Shown in pieces: positions 15,448 through 18,269 of a DNA stretch of 18,269 nucleotides. The translations under genes and the position numbers were made by a program. Numbering within the stretch: the first letter of the stretch is position 1; each line of letters opens with the position of its first letter. The notes under the pieces were generated by a model. That model saw nothing but the letters and a program-made list of their open reading frames with translations, did not search any database and was not told the origin of the DNA. This DNA comes from Clostridia bacterium (lineage in GTDB: Bacteria > Bacillota > Clostridia > Christensenellales > Aristaeellaceae): positions 1 through 18,269 of the forward strand of contig JAUNDF010000043.1 in NCBI GenBank assembly GCA_030526225.1, given 5' to 3'.

Positions 15448-16806
15448 TTGAAGATTATCATCGCCGGTGACGGCAAGGTTGGCGCAGAGCTGACAAAACA
15501 GCTGGCACGGGCAGGACATGATATCACCATCATCGACAACAACCAGCACGTGCTGGATGCCAGCATCGAGCGGTACGATGTATCCGCCCTGCACGGCAAC
15601 TGTGCCTCCATGGATGTGCTGCGGGAGGCGGATACGGCCCACACCGATCTGCTGATTGCCGCCACCAGCGCAGACGAAATCAACCTGCTGTGCTGCATCA
15701 CCGCCCATACCCTCAACCCCAAGCTGCACACCATTGCCCGGGTCCGCAACCCCGAGTATGCCGAGCAGATTTTCCACATGCGGGATGTGTTCGGCCTGTC
15801 CCTGTCCGTCAACCCCGAAAAGCAGGCGGCCAGAGAAATCGAGCAGCTGCTGCAGTTCCCCGGCACCCTCAAGCGGGATACCTTTGCCAAGGGCCGCGTG
15901 GAAATCGTGGAAATCCGCGTGGAAAAGGGCAGCTGTCTGGAAAACGTGGCCCTGAAGGACTTCAGCGATGTGGTGCGCACCAAGGTGCTGGTCTGCTCGG
16001 TTGTCCGCGGCGGCCAGTCCATCATCCCCGACGGTAATTTTGAATTGAAGGCAAACGACCGCGTGTTCATCACCGCCCCCACGGAGAACCTTGTCAAGCT
16101 CCTGTCTGCACTGGGCATTGTGCAGGGCAAGCTGAAGCGGGTGGTGCTGTGCGGCGGCGGCCGCCTGTCCATCTATCTGGCCCACCGGCTGCTGTCCATC
16201 GGCACGAATGTGGAAATCATCGAAATCGACCGTGAACGCTGTGATTTGCTGGCAGAGCTGCTGCCCAACGCCACCATCGTCCACGGCGATGCCTCCGACA
16301 CCACCCTGCTGGATGAGGAGGGCATCAGCGAGGCCGATGCCGTGGTCACCATGACGGGCATGGACGAGCTGAACATCATCATCTCCCTGTACTGCAAAAA
16401 CATGGGCGTAAAGCAGGTGGTGACCAAGCTGGGCCACGTATCCAACCACATCCTGCTGGAGCATCTGCCCCTGGACAGCATCATCTCCCCCAAGGAGCTG
16501 TGCTGCAACACCATCGTGCGCTATGTCCGCGCGCTGGAAAATCAGGTGGGCGCCGCGGTGGCCATGCACACCATCTCCGACGGCCATGCCGAGGCGCTGG
16601 AGTTCCGCGTGGATGAAACCACCCGCAACTGCGGCATCCCCCTGAAGGATATCCGCCTGAAGAAGGGCGTGCTGCTCAGCTGCATCACCCACAAGGGCAC
16701 CATTGAAATCCCCTCCGGTCTGTCGAAGTATGTGGCCGGCGATACCATCATCGTTGTCACCGACAAGAACACGGGCATCAACACGCTCAACGACATCTTT
16801 GCCTGA
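15448..16806 (+). CDS. trkA: Trk potassium uptake system, NAD-binding peripheral subunit TrkA (two RCK units)
   Basis: 452 aa from TTG 15448, 7 nt after GAAGGAGG. LKIIIAGDGKVGAELTKQL (GxGxxG) and a second unit VVLCGGGRLSIYLA. The track ORF start at 15334 lacks an RBS. Stop is TGA. Confidence 0.88.
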   Translation: MKIIIAGDGKVGAELTKQLARAGHDITIIDNNQHVLDASIERYDVSALHGNCASMDVLREADTAHTDLLIAATSADEINLLCCITAHTLNPKLHTIARVRNPEYAEQIFHMRDVFGLSLSVNPEKQAAREIEQLLQFPGTLKRDTFAKGRVEIVEIRVEKGSCLENVALKDFSDVVRTKVLVCSVVRGGQSIIPDGNFELKANDRVFITAPTENLVKLLSALGIVQGKLKRVVLCGGGRLSIYLAHRLLSIGTNVEIIEIDRERCDLLAELLPNATIVHGDASDTTLLDEEGISEADAVVTMTGMDELNIIISLYCKNMGVKQVVTKLGHVSNHILLEHLPLDSIISPKELCCNTIVRYVRALENQVGAAVAMHTISDGHAEALEFRVDETTRNCGIPLKDIRLKKGVLLSCITHKGTIEIPSGLSKYVAGDTIIVVTDKNTGINTLNDIFA

Positions 16807-16817
16807 GGGGTGGATAC

Positions 16818-18269
16818 ATGAATTACAAAATGGTTGGCCGGTTTATCGCGCAAATTCTGGCCATCGAAACCGTGTTTATGATCCCGCCCATGCTGATTGC
16901 CTTCTGGGATCACACGATTCTTTCCGCCAAGGGCTTCGGCTGCTCCATGACGCTGATGATCATCCTTGCGGCCATCCTGTTCTTTTTCTGCCGGGGCGCG
17001 AAAAGCCGCTTCGGTGCCAAGGACGGTCTGGTGTGCGTGGGCATTTCATGGATTGTGCTGAGTATCTTCGGCTGCCTGCCCTTTGTCATCTCCGGCGAAA
17101 TCCCGGATTTCATCGACGCACTGTTTGAAATTGTATCCGGCTTTACCACCACCGGTGCCTCCATCCTCCCCGAGGTGGAAAGCCACAGCCGCGCCATCCT
17201 GTACTGGCGCAGCTTCAGCCACTGGCTGGGCGGCATGGGTGTGCTGGTGTTCCTGCTGGCCGTATCCGGCGGGGAAAAGGGCAGCGGCTTTACCATGCAC
17301 CTGCTCCGCGCAGAAAGCCCCGGCCCCAGCGTGGGCAAGCTGGTTTCCAAGATGAAGCAGACCGCCTCCATCCTGTATGTGCTGTACATGGTGCTGACGG
17401 TGCTGGACATCATCTTCCTGCTCTTTGGCGGCATGGACCTGTTCGAGGCCTGCTGCACCGCCTTCGGCACCGCGGGCACCGGCGGCTTTGGCATCAAGAA
17501 CGATTCCATCGCCAGCTATTCCCCCTATATCCAGAATGTGTGCACGGTGTTTATGCTGCTCTTCGGCGTAAACTTTACCTGCTACTATCTGCTGCTGCTG
17601 CGCCAGTTCAAGGCCGTGTTCAAGGATGAGGAGCTTCGCACCTACATCCTGCTTGTGGTGGCCTCCATTGCCATCATTGCCCTGAACATCCGCGGCCTGT
17701 ACCCCACCCTGGAGGAGACCGTGCGCCATGCCGCCTTCCAGGTGGCCACCATCGTCACCACCACCGGCTATGCCACGGCTGATTTCGACCTGTGGCCGGG
17801 GCTGAGCAAAGCCATTTTGCTGTGCCTGATGTTCTGCGGTGCTTGCGCCGGCTCCACCGGCGGCGGCTTTAAGGTGGGCCGCCTGATGCTGATGGTAAAG
17901 AACCTGCGCCGCAACATCCACAAGGTGCTGCACCCCAACAAAATTCAGAAGGTGCGCAACAACGGCACGGTTGTCAGCGAGAACGTGCTGGAATCCACCA
18001 ACGATTATATGGCCGCCTATGTGATTATCATCTTCTTCTCCTTCCTGGTGGTGGCCATTGACGGCCATTCCCTGATGACCAGCTTCTCCGCCGTGGTTGC
18101 CTGCTTCAACAACATCGGCCCCGGCTTTGAGATGGTCGGCCCCACCTGCAACTACGGCTTCTTCTCCCCCCTGTCCAAGCTGGTGCTGATTGCCGACATG
18201 CTGGCCGGCCGTCTGGAGATTTTCCCCATCCTGATTCTTGCCTCCAGAAGCACCTGGACGAGAAAATAA
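16818..18269 (+). CDS. trkH: Trk/Ktr-family potassium transporter membrane subunit TrkH
   Basis: 483-aa polytopic ORF starting 11 nt after trkA. Four pore-loop glycine motifs: SGFTTTGAS, GTAGTGGFG, TTTGYATADF, GSTGGGFK. The stop TAA falls at the window end. Confidence 0.88.
   Translation: MNYKMVGRFIAQILAIETVFMIPPMLIAFWDHTILSAKGFGCSMTLMIILAAILFFFCRGAKSRFGAKDGLVCVGISWIVLSIFGCLPFVISGEIPDFIDALFEIVSGFTTTGASILPEVESHSRAILYWRSFSHWLGGMGVLVFLLAVSGGEKGSGFTMHLLRAESPGPSVGKLVSKMKQTASILYVLYMVLTVLDIIFLLFGGMDLFEACCTAFGTAGTGGFGIKNDSIASYSPYIQNVCTVFMLLFGVNFTCYYLLLLRQFKAVFKDEELRTYILLVVASIAIIALNIRGLYPTLEETVRHAAFQVATIVTTTGYATADFDLWPGLSKAILLCLMFCGACAGSTGGGFKVGRLMLMVKNLRRNIHKVLHPNKIQKVRNNGTVVSENVLESTNDYMAAYVIIIFFSFLVVAIDGHSLMTSFSAVVACFNNIGPGFEMVGPTCNYGFFSPLSKLVLIADMLAGRLEIFPILILASRSTWTRK

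Noticed and set aside
1-18269. A scan for tRNA/rRNA genes, CRISPR arrays, transposase or integrase genes, and long direct repeats.
   Set aside because: None found. Intergenic regions are short and accounted for by promoters, terminators and the single inverted-repeat element.

Overview
High-GC (about 58-60%) chromosomal segment that looks like a Clostridia / Oscillospiraceae-type gut Firmicute; this is inferred from codon usage and the gene families present. It carries about 14 housekeeping or accessory genes and I found no rRNA, tRNA, CRISPR array or mobile element. In order: class-I aminotransferase (-), DUF975 membrane protein (-), a polytopic membrane protein followed by a frameshifted acyltransferase-3 gene (+), an HPr-like protein without His15 and a DUF4364 protein (+), prfC and typA in tandem separated by a 164-bp composite inverted-repeat element (+), a minus-strand methionine / methyl-cycle operon, then trkA-trkH (+). 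The operon encodes a stand-alone MetH activation domain, a three-module MetH, a YitJ-like Hcy-methyltransferase/MTHFR fusion and a small ORF. The main anomaly is that each of the three consecutive methionine-cycle genes is interrupted by exactly one in-frame TAG. One of these sits at the column of the catalytic Glu of MTHFR. About 1,600 codons otherwise carry no frameshift, no TAA/TGA and intact catalytic motifs. None of the 14 genes in the window terminates at TAG (7 TAA, 7 TGA). This is either an odd triple amber knockout (or base-call problem), or amber read-through / recoding. Most long ORFs in the six-frame track are GC-rich antisense shadows and are rejected.
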